This document shows, piece by piece, positions 11,063 through 23,857 of a DNA stretch of 45,396 nt; positions within the stretch are counted from its first letter, which is position 1, and each line of letters starts with the position of its first letter. This stretch comes from Octopus bimaculoides. Its lineage: Eukaryota. Position numbers and translations under genes: made by a program. Where the stretch lies: assembly GCF_001194135.2 (NCBI RefSeq), contig NC_068984.1:38737475-38782870 (forward strand), in the 5' to 3' direction. The notes below the pieces were generated by a model that was not told where the DNA came from, made no database searches, and saw nothing but the letters and a program-made list of their open reading frames with translations.

Positions 11063-12150
11063 TATGCAGAAAATCATAGCATTTTTTCCGTTCGTGTAAC
11101 AAACTAAGACTTTCAACAAATCGTACCATTATTTTATGTACAAAGATACATGTCAAAATCCCTTCAAACAAATGTAGAGAGAGGGAAAAATGAGCGAATG
11201 AGATAACTAAGGACACAGTGACGTTACAAACTCTGCTCCATCTTCATATTCTTCCTTCTCTTCCCACTCCACTTGTACTTAACTTTCTTTTTTCTGCTCT
11301 TTCTTTTACTTGCTTTCTTACACAGTTTTTCAATTTGTAGAATTCTCTGTCTTTCTCTTTGTACTTTTTTCTAATTTTTTCTCTTTATTTTCCCGTTAAT
11401 TCCATTATTCCTCTCCTTTTCTCTCTCCAACTCTGTATTCTTTTCCATTCACTATTATCAATATCAACGTCATCACCGATGCCTCCGCCACTATCACTAC
11501 TACCATAACTACCAACTGTTTTATTCTAATCTATTTAAGTTACTTCCCTTAACAAAAAATAGGTAAGTAAAAATGTACTATTGCATTATAATTTATGTCC
11601 TCAAGGTTAACTGAAGTAAATATCAGACGAATTATCTGTAAAACAAGTGAGTTACTTATGGTGGAAAAGGTGTTAGTTAAGATAGAGTAGTGCTTAATAT
11701 GATAAAGAAGTGCGTTTACCCAAAAAGCGATACGTAGGTAGTTCTAGTCACGTCAGAGGACCTATTCTTTATTTTTCCGTCCCAAATTAGTGATATAATT
11801 TACGTTTTAACTGTTCAATTGTTAAAATAGTTCATAAATTATTGAATCAGAGAAATTTAGTCTTTTTGCTTAGCGAGTTCACATAATGCTAGTGGGGCCA
11901 CAATGGGAATACTCAGTCTTGGCCCCTTTAGTGTGACTAATTCAGAGAGAGAGTGTGTGTGTGTGTGTGCGTGTGTGTGTGTGTGTGTGTGTGGAACGGT
12001 CTAAGTACTTGGTTAGTACTTTATTTATCGATCCCACCAAAGGAATGGAGGGGCAAAGTGGATACCGGTTGGAATTGAACTTGGAATGAAATAAATGTCG
12101 CATAATATCCAATTCAACGTTCTAATGATTCTGCCAGATCGCCACCGATC

Positions 12151-12154
<4 letters not shown>

Positions 12155-12194
<40 letters not shown>

Positions 12195-12236
12195 GATGTG
12201 TAAGTGTGTGTGCGAGTAAATACACACACATACACA

Positions 12237-12314
<78 letters not shown>

Positions 12315-12338
12315 TACATACATACATACATACATACA

Positions 12339-12369
<31 letters not shown>

Positions 12370-12390
12370 GGGTGTGCGTGCGTGCGTGCG
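12155..12390. repeat. Compound (CA)n/(CT)n/(TA)n/(TACA)n/(GTGC)n microsatellite
   Basis: Directly visible. Confidence 0.95.
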
Positions 12391-12965
12391 GTACTGAGCA
12401 AATTTCTCTGAAGGTTAATTATTTAACCTCGCTATTTTTAGTTATCCTTTTTTTTTAAGTTACGTATATAACAAAGAAGTTCCGAAATCAATATTGTAAA
12501 GAAAAGAGTAAGGTTTATTTAGTATTATAAGAACATTTAAAGTAAGTATTGTTAAGGTCACACAAACGCGAGCACACACTCGCGCGCGCGCGCACTCACA
12601 CATACACACACAATACACACACACTTGTGCACTCACACTTTCACACACATCGATGGAAAGAATGTGTAGATCAAATAAGAGAAAAAACATTGCTGTGTTT
12701 TTGCTTCTGTTCGATTAAAAGCCGTTGAGCTTTTGACATTGGCTCATCGAATTCTGATATTCTTTTATCTGTTTTGTTTCTTGTCTCACAAACGTGATGC
12801 CAAGCCGCAGTTAAAATTTTCAGGATGATACTGCTGACAAATTCGTACACCATCACCGGTGCTATATTTTGTCTATGTCAATGGCCAAGACAATTTACAT
12901 TGTGTGGCTCAATCCACCTAGGTATAAACTGATATTATGTAGTGATGTAGTCAATCATGGTAAAG

Positions 12966-13113
12966 CTGGCATTGGCAACCTTTTTCAAGAAGCGGACCGC
13001 ATGAGACATGGTTTATCATTAGGCGTTTATCACACGCTATAAAAAATTCGAGGTCATTTTTCGTTAGGCACGCCATTCAGAAAGTCCCGCGAGGCGTAGT
13101 TTTCCCATAACTG
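12966..13113. mobile_element. Degenerate hAT-type MITE
   Basis: ctggcattggcaaccttttt..gcggaccgcatg at the left end and gtcccgcgaggcgtagttttcccataactg at the right resemble hAT (Charlie-like) ends; TSD only partly matches. Confidence 0.55.
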
Positions 13114-14673
13114 CTGTAAGGAACAGAAACGTAACGAAAGAGTGTTTCGTTAGCTTGCGCAACTGATTTCAGGTCTTCTCTTGGTTCACGAATAGGCAGC
13201 TGCTGACTGTCAAATTAACAGAAATCCTAAAAACGGCGGATAGAAGGGAACATTAATCTTTTTACAACAATTTTGACGGTATAAAGAGACAGAAAACGAA
13301 AATAAATAAGGAGAAATAAGTGTTACAAATTTTTGACACCAGACTAGCTGAATTAAGAGAGGAAGCTAGTCGACTACAACATCTCTAGCTGATATACTTT
13401 TTTAACTCGAAAAGATGAAAGTCGACCTCGGTGAAACAGAAAAGCCGAAAGAAACGCCGTTAAGCATTTTGTCGATTCTACCAGTTCGCCACCTTAATAA
13501 GGCGAAATAATGACATGAAGTTGGGTGCTCAAGCGATGATTTCTAATACTATTAGCAAAAAACCACAGATCTGTAGTGGATAGAGTGCAGTCGATTCAAT
13601 CGACTTCCAATACATGTTATGATAGTAATTTTACTAACTCTAGAAAAATGGTAGGTGAATTACAACTAACGGGGTTTAAACTCAGAATGTAATAGGATAA
13701 AACTACATAGTACTAGACATTTAGTCCAAGCATTACTGCTGCTGCTACTTTGCCGTCGATGGATCCTTTGCTTGGATACGCATTTACATGTAGTTTACTT
13801 AAATGACTTCGTTCTGTAAATAGTTACGCAAAATTTAAAAAGCAGAAGTTAGATCATCAGTAGTGCAAATTCATTAATTATACTAATCGCTTTAAATCAA
13901 TGGTTTTCATTCTCTTTTACTTCTCAGCGATCCAGAAAAAGAAAAAATTAATGGTGTACTTCGTAACGGAAGCTGGGTTTTTTGTCTTTTTTTTTTTTGG
14001 TTTTTTTTTGGGGGGGGGGGGTAACGAGAAAAAATTGGAAAAAATAGAGGAAGATATTGTTTATCTTGTGTTATTAATCATACTTGTGTATAAGAAACTG
14101 ATGAATAACACATTTTTTGAAGAAGATCAAGTATTAGTATGGATTTTGTAAACTCTATTTATATTATTAAAACGGCGCGCCGTTTGAGAACCAAAGATCT
14201 TAAATGGAAGGTACAAACTGAGTGAGAACCAATTTATCTTTTGAGTAGAAATGTTTAGCGTGAAGAAATTTATCAGCCTCTACACAATCCCTCAACTTGT
14301 TACAGATTGCAACCAAATCTCTTTTTAATTGCATTTCACCACTTTGAATACAGAAATGATATGTTAGAATATGTATTCCAAGGTAACCCTGAGAAAGACG
14401 TGAAAGCCTTTGATTAGATCGCTTTAATACAGGAAGTTTGTATCATATAACCAAGGGCAATATTAAGTAGGTTGCTATCAAAATGGAGAACCAATTACGA
14501 TTTCTTCCTTCTACCAAAAGCCAATTGCTGTAAGAGAAAGGATTTCGCTGAATGTTTTGACCTAGCAAAACAAGTAGTATTACTGGTATTCATTTGATTG
14601 AATCAATAAGTAGTCGTTACAGCATTTCATTTTACTGTAAGTACAAAAGGATATTTCATATCGACATTGTAGT

Positions 14674-14762
14674 GGCGCGAAATTATGGCCGCCATTAAGG
14701 AAGTACAATCTACGCATGCGCAAGGGACTTGCCTTCCCGGAAGCCCCTCGAGTGCGCATGCA
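14674..14762. promoter_or_regulatory. Housekeeping-type promoter motif cluster
   Basis: E2F-type GGCGCGAAA (14674), YY1-type GCCGCCATT (14688), NRF1-type ACGCATGCGCA (14712), ETS CCGGAAG (14737) and NRF1-type TGCGCATGCA (14753) within 90 bp; perfect GCGCATGCGC at 15541. Confidence 0.6.
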
Positions 14763-16663
14763 TAGTAAAACCAGTACTTAAAGAGCTACTTTCGTTTTCT
14801 AACTCTTTACCACGATGCCTTCGACGTGACAGCTACTTGCTCCTCTGGCATGCATCAACGAAGCTCTTAACCTTCCCATGCCGACTACAAGCTAACCAGC
14901 GGCTGCTAAGCTGAATGACACAGGATTTGTAAAACCAAGCATCACCAAAAATAAAACTTATTTTTATTATGTTGTTAATTGTTCTACTGTTTCTTAATAT
15001 ATAATTTTTGTTGAAAGGTGATAGAGAGAGACTAATGTCTCTATTACAACTATCAACCTTTTACAACATTATATTTTATAAGTGAAAACTGGATATTTAT
15101 CTGTGACTAAGTTTTATCTTCATTGAAAGTCAATGGCTTTTAATTTCTTAATTCATGAAAAACAGAATTTGGTTAATGTTGACATTATTACCCGGAAACG
15201 AAATCGAGAGGTATTTATATAAAATTTCATTAAAAAAAAAAAAAATTTCCTAAAAGTTATGAGGGAAAAACATCAGATCTTGTGAATTTTCCGAAGGCCT
15301 CTCCCCACCTCCCGTTGCTTTCCGAGCATTTTTGTTTTCATATTCGCTTCCTACACCTTTTTTTCCACCCGTTGCACTATTGTTTTTTCGATTTCAATTT
15401 CTTTTCCGGGTAATAATGCCAACATTAACCCAGAATTTTATCACTTGACATTCATTACGTCTGGTGATGAATTCCTGCTGTATAATTGCTGTAATATTTC
15501 TTATGTATGGACGTACACAGTATATGTTATCCTATATTATGCGCATGCGCGAACTCGCGTTTTCTGTTCTTTCTCTATTTCGTGCTGTGCATTGGGAGTA
15601 TCTTCAGTTTCTCTATGTAAAGAGATTGCTAGCCTCTTGTTAAACCCTCCTTCATTTCTGGAGAAAAGATCGCTGTAAGCGGTCTTTTACGGTGCATCAT
15701 AGCTAATTCAGAAATACTATGCGTGCGCGTGTGTGTGTGTGTTTGTATACGTGCGTGCGTGTCTATGTGTATGCGTGTGTATGTGTAATTTTTTTAAAAT
15801 TATTAACGGCTTATGTCACAGCTAATTACGCTAGATATTTTGGGGATACTAACAATTCCTCTGATACTGGAAGCTAATTTGTGAAACCTATCTGCCAGTG
15901 GTGAAATTATTGTTAAATTGTCTGTGATTCTCGTGGGATATGAGAGAGGAACAGATTGTTTGAAGATGTTTATAAATGTTATTTTGATAATCAAATAAAT
16001 TCAGAATCTACACAGAGTAGTCGATAACCTGACAAGTAGCAGATACGTAGTTCGACTCTTGTGGATAAATCGATTTTGTTTTTGCTTTTTTTCTGTCTTG
16101 TATTATAATATATCTTATATAAATAATGTAGTACAAAGCAGCGTTGAATGAAATACACTCGTATAAAGCCATATTCAATACGCTAGAGTGCACTCGGACG
16201 TGAGAAAGCTTTTCGCTGCGAAGATAATCACGAGAGAAAATTCTCCTCGTAGACTTCGGTGAAAACATATGATGGGCTATCTCAACAGTAGAAGGTATTC
16301 TCACGTTTAAGTACACTCGAACGTATTGAATATAACTTTATATAAATATATCTTACATTATATATGAGTATGATTTTCCCATATTGAAGAATTGTGTAAA
16401 CATCAACAAGGAAACCGAAAATCCGGTATTCACAAACGAAGTCACTAACAAAATTTGTTGTGCCCGAATTAACGACATACTCTTTTGTCACTTTTACCAA
16501 CATAAATCAGTAAACCTGTGATTGGTTAGTTGGAAACATATAAATAATGACGTTATTGTTCACCATTCACGATATAAAATATATCCAAAGAAAATAATTT
16601 GTTTCTCTCAATTCGGATAAGTAACAGCTCTACCTGGAACGCTTCCCTGACCAATGAGCTATG

Positions 16664-16706
16664 CATTACTCTGAGCTAACATTACTCTGAGCTAACATTA
16701 CTCTGA
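16664..16706 (+). repeat. 16-bp tandem repeat (cattactctgagctaa x2.7)
   Basis: Directly visible. Confidence 0.9.
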
Positions 16707-16729
16707 CAACTCTTCGAAGAAACCTTAGT

Positions 16730-16910
16730 AGAATTCCACTGAAACAGGTGAAGTTCAAGTATCTCGAGCCGTTTTCACAAGTGATGGAAGGCAAGAAGCT
16801 GAATTGACTGTAAGAATTTAAAGAACTGGCGCAGTGATGCGTCAGTTTCAACATTCAGTCATCAGAAGACAGAAGATGGGTGTAAAATCCAAACCCGCTC
16901 TCTTCAATAG
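16730..16910 (+). mobile_element. RTE LINE reverse transcriptase fragment
   Basis: PLKQVKFKYL / FTSDGRQEAELTVRI..GAVMRQFQHSVIRRQKMGVKSKPALF, with a frameshift and a stop. Confidence 0.8.
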
Positions 16911-17084
16911 ACAGGGCAAGAGGAGTTTCGAGAGACAGAAAGTCGCTGAAGAGGTCACAGAATGTGTTTCGGAAGAACTCTGACAAATAAACTAATAATA
17001 TATAAAGCTAGAAATGAAGATCAAATGGCGCGGGTGTTTAATTAGCAAAAGATGACTGTCTCCAAATACATATATGTATATGAC

Positions 17085-17385
17085 AACGCATCGCCAAGTG
17101 GTTAGGGAGTTGCACTCACGGTCGCGAGATCGTGGTTTCAATTCCTAGACCGGGTGGTGCGTTCTGTCCCTGAGCAAAACACTTCACCTCGCGTTGCTCT
17201 GCGATCACTTCGACACCTGACGCGTGTTACTCAATTCATCTATTCAGACAACGTCGGTTTGATGGAAAGAGTGAGCTGTGTAGCACGAACATTTGATCAC
17301 TATAAACAAATCATTTGTGCAGGTTGTTCTGCAAAAGCTGAACGCTCATATGTCGTCTTCGTCGGGAGAGTCTATCATCTTAATA
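17085..17385 (+). mobile_element. tRNA-derived SINE (distinct family)
   Basis: A-box-like ccaagtggttagg, B-box-like ggtttcaattcc, then gtccctgagcaaaacacttcac core-like segment. Confidence 0.7.
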
Positions 17386-17886
17386 ATACTAAAACTCTAG
17401 ATGTTTGTTTGTACCCGAAATATCTCAGAAATAGTATATCTTATCTTAATTTTTTTTTTTTGCATATTTATTTTCATACTCACCTTCGGCAGTGCAGTAC
17501 AAATTTTTGTGATATTTGGACCTCTATTTATTAATGAAAACGATTAAACACAATTTTTGCTTATTATTTCTTGACGAAAAAAAAAACATGGTTTCCGTGA
17601 CGTCAACACTTAAATAGAATACACACACATACAATGAATGGATTGGCGTGTCAGTCAACACAAACACACGTCCGCTACCTGTGACATATACATACACATA
17701 GTCTTTTCGCTCTCTAAGAAAAAAAAACCTCAACTCTTTGACGTACACAATATTTTAATCATTTAGAAATATTTTTAACTGAATGTGATTTCAAAAATGT
17801 AAGTTGTTTGTACAGTAAGTATTTATATTTTAGCTTTCTTTAAATAGACAATATTTTAATGTCTTTTTTATTATTTTCAAGTGAAT

Positions 17887-18388
17887 GGCGATCTTTCGTT
17901 TTGACTCTCAGAACTGCCAGCCGGAGTTCGTTAATTTCCGTAAATTTTTTTTTTTTTATTTACTTTTGTTTTAAAGTGAAAGAAAGGAAAAAGTGAAAGA
18001 TGTATGTACATGTATATGAAATGGATGTATGTGTGAGAGAAAGAAAGAGAGAGGAAAAAAGAGAAAGAGAGAGAGAGACAGTGAGTGAAGGGGTGTGTTG
18101 TCATGTATACATACATACATCAATACATATGTATACATCTTTTTTGTATGTACGTGTGCATGTATGTGAGAGAGAGTGAACTTGTGTGTTCTCATGTATG
18201 TATAAGTGGCACTCTCTTTCTCTCTCTCTCTCTCTTGCTCTCACACACACGTGCGCGCACGTCCGTTTCATATACACGTTCATACATCTTTTGCTTTCTC
18301 CCCTCTTTCAATTTAAAACAAAAGTAAATTAACGAACAAAACCAGCTGATCTGGATGACAGTTCAGAGAGTCAAAGCGAAAAATCGCC
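17887..18388. repeat. About 500-bp imperfect fold-back (inverted repeat)
   Basis: ggcgatctttcgttttgactctcagaactg...gttcgttaattt...tttacttttgttttaaa at the left pairs with tttaaaacaaaagtaaattaacgaac...cagttcagagagtcaaagcgaaaaatcgcc at the right. Confidence 0.85.
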
Positions 18389-18474
18389 CCAAGGGAATAC
18401 CATTACAAAAAACTTTTCAAGCACATTCAACGTATCTCAGTGCCAAAGATTTGGCTGCTATTTCTAGCACGCCC

Positions 18475-18722
18475 TGTTATCACATAACAGCTATTTGCAA
18501 TAAAGGACCCGAAATACCTGTTACATGGTAGCAGGGCATGCAAGAAATAGCAGCCAAATCTTTTCTTTTCTGGAGAAAGGAGCCATTTACACATGATTTC
18601 AATGTCATGCTTTGAAAGCATTTGAAATAACCTGGAAAAGAAAAAAAACCCCACCAAACAAAGCTCCATTGCTGGGAAACTCAGGCTTTCCAGATGACCC
18701 AATGGGTCACGGGTAGTCTAAT
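18475..18722 (-). repeat. Dispersed repeat family E, copy 2 (CpG-decayed)
   Basis: Reverse complement of 8466-8705 with most CpG changed to TpG or CpA. Confidence 0.85.
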
Positions 18723-19564
18723 ATATATACATAGAGAGAGAGAGAGAGAGAGATGCAGGATGTAATTGGATGGCTGTTGATTCCTCTGAGTTCTTGTTTC
18801 TCTTTGTGCAGGTTGTCCAAAATCCATCCTGCTCACAAGCAGGCTTGGTGTTGTTGTCGGTTTCGAAGCCAGCCCGACCATGCAACTGGTTATACCGGAT
18901 TACATCTAACCAGTGGCACTCACAAAATGTGTTTGCATGTGTGTCTGTGTGCATGTGCGTGTGTGTGCATGCGTTTGTTTTCTCTACCAGTGTTAGTTTA
19001 ATTATGTCCCCGTAACTTGAAGGTTAGGTAAAAGAGACCAATAGATTAAGAACCAAACTTAAAAAATACTGGGGGTGATTTATTCGACTAAATCCTTCAA
19101 GGTAATTTCCCCAAGCATAGCTGCAGTTCACTGACTGAAACAAGTAAAAGAAGAACAAGATGATATATTTGACATCGTATTTGGGGAACAATAGTACCAT
19201 TGGTTATAGGTTTCCAACAAGTCAATTGCTGGATGACTGCGTAATTAAATTGAGACCTTATATGCAGCATGGTTACATTTCACCAAGTTTAGTTTTACTG
19301 AATAACACTCTCATTAATTTATAACTGTTATGAAAGAAGTTGCACACCAAGTTGACAAACTTAATTTTTATGACGTAGATTGTAGGAAGTAAATAATAAT
19401 AATCATCTTTGAAAACTAGATTTGGTTTACACATCAATCAAAAAATATTAAGACAAGAGGCACTTTTTTTCCCCCCCTCGTGAAACAAACAATCGACTTC
19501 TGTTCAGATTAGAATTAGAAGAGCTAATATTAAAATAGCAGTTTTCTCAAAGTGACACGAAATA

Positions 19565-20008
19565 TTGGTTTCAAATTTTGGCACAAGGCCAGCAAATTCG
19601 AAGGAAGGTGTAGATTGATTACATTGACCCCTCACTGCACAACTGGTACTTACTTTATCGTCCCTGAAAAGATGAAAAGCAAAGTCGACCTTCGTAGAAT
19701 TTGAACTCAGAACGTAAAGATGGATGAAATGTCACTAAGCATTCTGCTAATGATTCTGCCAGCTCGCCAACTTAAAGTAACACAATAAATATTTGTTTAA
19801 AATTTTGGTACAAGGCCAGCATGTTCGGGGGAGTGGGTAAGTCAATCTCATCAATCCTGACACTGAACTGGTACTTATTTTATTAACCCCAAAAGGATAA
19901 AAGGCAAAGTTGGCCTCAGCAGTATTTGAGCTCAGAACATAAAGACAGACTAAATGCTGCTAAGCATTTTGCCTGGCACAGTAACGATTCTGCCAGCTTG
20001 GCACCTTA
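19565..20008 (-). mobile_element. Two tandem family B SINE copies (about 19565-19772 and 19795-20008)
   Basis: Each starts aaattttgg[c/t]acaaggccagc and ends ttctgccagct..cc..cctt, the reverse complement of the 7917 copy. Confidence 0.85.
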
Positions 20009-20049
20009 ATGACCAAAACAATTATTAAACAACATTAAATATAAGCTCA

Positions 20050-20200
20050 GGCATGATTGGTTGGTAAGAAGTTTGCTTCCCAACCAAACAGTTTGAGGTT
20101 CAGTTACACTGTGTGGCACCTAGAGCAGCTGTCTTCTACTAGAGTCCTGGGCAGAACAAAGCCTTGTAAATGCATTTGGTAGATGGAAACTAAAAGAAAC
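20050..20200 (+). mobile_element. tRNA-derived SINE, family A
   Basis: ggcatgattggttggtaagaagtttgcttcccaacc...gccttgtaaatgcatttggtagatggaaac, followed by (TA)n and a gap. Confidence 0.8.
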
Positions 20201-20236
20201 CTGCCCTCTTTGTGTGTCTGTGTATCTTTGTGTTCA

Positions 20237-20279
<43 letters not shown>

Positions 20280-20605
20280 NNNNNNNNNNNNNNNNNNNNN
20301 NNNNNNNNNNNNNNNNNNNNNNNNNNNNNNNNNNNNNNNNNNNNNNNNNNNNNNNNNNNNNNNNNNNNNNNNNNNNNNNNNNNNNNNNNNNNNNNNNNNN
20401 NNNNNNNNNNNNNNNNNNNNNNNNNNNNNNNNNNNNNNNNNNNNNNNNNNNNNNNNNNNNNNNNNNNNNNNNNNNNNNNNNNNNNNNNNNNNNNNNNNNN
20501 NNNNNNNNNNNNNNNNNNNNNNNNNNNNNNNNNNNNNNNNNNNNNNNNNNNNNNNNNNNNNNNNNNNNNNNNNNNNNNNNNNNNNNNNNNNNNNNNNNNN
20601 NNNNN

Positions 20606-20642
<37 letters not shown>

Positions 20643-21397
20643 ATCCAAAGAACCTCCAAAAACTAGAATCCCTTAAATATTATCCTAGCATGATACAACC
20701 ACAATAAACACAATCATGCAATATCATACTAACAACAAACCTACCATAAACCATGAACTCTTTAACAAGTTCAACCTTACAAAACTGAAGGACAACTCAG
20801 AATAACAAGACCCTAAGATATAAAAGATTCACAGACAGCAAGCATATCAAATGTATATTACCATCATCAAATGCCTAGTGTACATCACTATGACAATATA
20901 TGAGGTAGAGAGAGAGAGAAATGCAAAACAGTAAAAGAAAAAGAAGGTAGGCTGACAAAATTGGCAGTTAGAAAATTAAATATATTCATTACATGATTTT
21001 ACTACTCGGGCTAAATACAATTTCAAACATAATACCAAGATGTGCAGAAGAAACATTATAACATAAAAAAGAAAAGGAAAATAATTGTTATTTTAAGACA
21101 GGAATAAACTTAGTATTTAGCACAGACACTCAACAAACATGGACTTAAAATACTTGCCATTAATTTATTTTACTTCTCTTCTAACTTTTCTTTTTTTCTC
21201 TTAAAATACTTGACATGACCTGCTCTTAAGGATTTTAGTTAATAACCAAAAGTCATTTTCTTGTACAAATTAATAAGAAACCTCCTAAAAATACAGTGGA
21301 AAAATGGACAGCTTCCAAGAAAATCAACCAGTAACATACAGAGAAAATTCCAGTGATATATAGTCTACAGTTTAAGTACTGAATGTCATGAGAAGAC

Positions 21398-21457
21398 TTT
21401 ATTTTATGATATCTAAAGAAAGAAAAATTACATCTTGATTTTCTTAAAAAATTTATT
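21398..21457 (-). terminator. Candidate BCAS2 polyadenylation signals
   Basis: AATAAA on the minus strand at 21452-21457 and 21398-21403, about 230-290 nt past the stop. Actual use is unknown. Confidence 0.45.
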
Positions 21458-21686
21458 CAGAAAAGAACATTGGAAACAAATATACAGAGGTTTTTCAGAT
21501 ATAATGCAGATTCCATGTAAGCTAAAAAAGAGAAAAAGAAAATCATAAATTAAGCATATTCTCCATATCATAAATTAAAACTTATTATATTATTATTAAC
21601 AAAATAACTAACTAACCATTGACAGTGATGTTTTACACACTTTGATTCAACCACATGTGTACTGAGAATTGTGAAGTGGAGAATAG

Positions 21687-21786
21687 TTAAAAGGTCATCT
21701 TCTTCTTCTCTGACTCAAGTATTTCTTTCTCCAGTTCTGCACAAGCTCTTTCTATTTCATAATTTTTACTGACGAGGCCTACCCAC
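21687..21786 (-). CDS. BCAS2: BCAS2/SPF27 exon 7, terminal (WVGLVSKNYEIERACAELEKEILESEKKKMTF*)
   Basis: Acceptor tttattttacag|; contains WV.LVSKNYEIER; TAA at 21687-21689. Exons sum to 633 nt = 210 aa plus stop. Confidence 0.98.
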
Positions 21787-22409
21787 CTGTAAAATAAATG
21801 AGACATTGTTTGTTATGTCAGAACAACTTGACATTGCTCAACTCAGATTAACACTCAAACATATGCATTCAAACACATACATTTTGAAACCCTGCTGCAT
21901 GGTGAACTGGTTTGGGCTGGACAGTATAACAGAATCAGATGGGCCCAAAGACTACATTATAATCCAGTATGTTTTGGCATGGTTTCATTGGTTGGATGCC
22001 CTTCCTAATGCTAACCACTTTACAGTGTGTACTGGGTACATTTTTCATGCCACTAGCATTAGTGGGGCTGCCATGCAATTTGCTAAACTGTGAACCCCAA
22101 GGGGCAACTTTATACTGAGAGATAAGGAGTATAAGACTGATAAAAGTACAAGAGAGGGGCCAGAGCAGAACAGGTTCTTCACTACAAAAGAGCTACATGG
22201 CAACTCACATTTTAGAAAAGAAGGTAGGAGTAATTGAAAGGAGCTCAAGAACAATATGAAAATAATGATGATATCAGGTGGACATTCAAGGTATGAGATA
22301 GGTAGAAATGAGTGGGGTGGAGGGACTAAGAGTGAAAGGGTAGTAGGAAGTAACTGACAGTGTGGAACAGCGGAATAGTTATGATGAAACAGTAGACAGG
22401 AGAAGGATG

Positions 22410-23030
22410 AAAGAGGGTGCCAGTCATCGAATTTGATTCAGTTTCGATCTCACTTGCCCCAACAGGTCTTCATAAGCTAAGTTTAGTGTCCAATGAAGGA
22501 AGGTTGGCATGGGTGCCAGTCATCGAATTTGGTTCAATTTCGATTTCAATTTCACTTGCCTCAACAGGTCTTCGCAAGCAGGGTTTTGTGTCCAAAGAAG
22601 TGAAGGTACACATAAGTGGGCTGGCTACACCCCTGGTAAAGGCCACAGGTTATGGTCTCACTTGTCTTGCCGGGTCTTCTTATGTACAGCATATTTCCAA
22701 AGGTCTCGGTCACCAGTCATTGCCTCAGTAAAGCCCAATGTTCAAAGGTCGTGCTTCACCACCTCATCCCAGGTCTTCCTGGGTCTACCTCTTCCACAGG
22801 TACCCTCAACCACTAGGCTGTGGCACTTTTTCACACAGCTATCCTCATCCATTCTCACCAAATGACTATACCAGCGCAATCGTCTCTCTTGCACACCACA
22901 ACTGATGTTTCTTAGGTCCAACTTTTCTCTCAAGGTACTTACACTCTGTCGAGTATGCACACTGACATTACACATCCATCGGAGCATACTGGCTTCATTC
23001 CTTGCAAGCTTACGCATGTCCTCAGCGGTC
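22410..23030 (-). mobile_element. RTE LINE 3' end (ORF end plus modular 3' UTR), in BCAS2 intron 6
   Basis: RKLARNEASMLRWMCNVSVH..QERRLRWYSHLVRMDEDSCVKKC..GRGRPRKTWDEVVKHDL. Confidence 0.92.
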
Positions 23031-23857
23031 ATATATATATATATATATATAAATTTAAGGAATGGAGTGAACGCNNNNNNNNNNNNNNNNNNNNNNNNNN
23101 NNNNNNNNNNNNNNNNNNNNNNNNNNNNNNNNNNNNNNNNNNNNNNNNNNNNNNNNNNNNNNNNNNNNNNNNNNNNNNNNNNNNNNNNNNNNNNNNNNNN
23201 NNNNNNNNNNNNNNNNNNNNNNNNNNNNNNNNNNNNNNNNNNNNNNNNNNNNNNNNNNNNNNNNNNNNNNNNNNNNNNNNNNNNNNNNNNNNNNNNNNNN
23301 NNNNNNNNNNNNNNNNNNNNNNNNNNNNNNNNNNNNNNNNNNNNNNNNNNNNNNNNNNNNNNNNNNNNNNNNNNNNNNNNNNNNNNNNNNNNNNNNNNNN
23401 NNNNNNNNNNNNNNNNNNNNNNNNNNNNNNNNNNNNNNNNNNNNNNNNNNNNNNNNNNNNNNNNNNNNNNNNNNNNNNNNNNNNNNNNNNNNNNNNNNNN
23501 NNNNNNNNNNNNNNNNNNNNNNNNNNNNNNNNNNNNNNNNNNNNNNNNNNNNNNNNNNNNNNNNNNNNNNNNNNNNNNNNNATATATATATATATATATA
23601 TATATAATAAAAATCATTCCATTTGTTATCCTGGGACACTTCTTTTTGTCAGAACTGACTGTATGGTTAAGAAGTCCACTTCTAGAACAACAATAAAGAT
23701 ATGCTTGGACTATTTAGATGCTGTATTAAAATGATGTACAACTTACATAGAAGTCATTCGGATTTTGAACTTACATATTTATCACCACATGAGTATTTCT
23801 TTTATATACTGTTTGGCATTTCAATTACTAACCTAAAAATTACAAAAAGAAACTTAC

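Noticed and set aside
630-12458. Many 60-110-aa ORFs rich in CV/YI/TH/HT repeats
   Set aside because: They are translations of (TG)n, (TA)n, (CA)n and (TACA)n microsatellites, which lack stops in some frames.
12671-12921. Open frames on both strands near 12.7-12.9 kb
   Set aside because: No recognisable motif, an in-frame stop in the longest minus frame, and no consistent splice partners.
22190-22410. Purine-rich stretches (also 38300-38600) resembling CR1/L2 3' remnants
   Set aside because: Too degenerate to support a call by eye.
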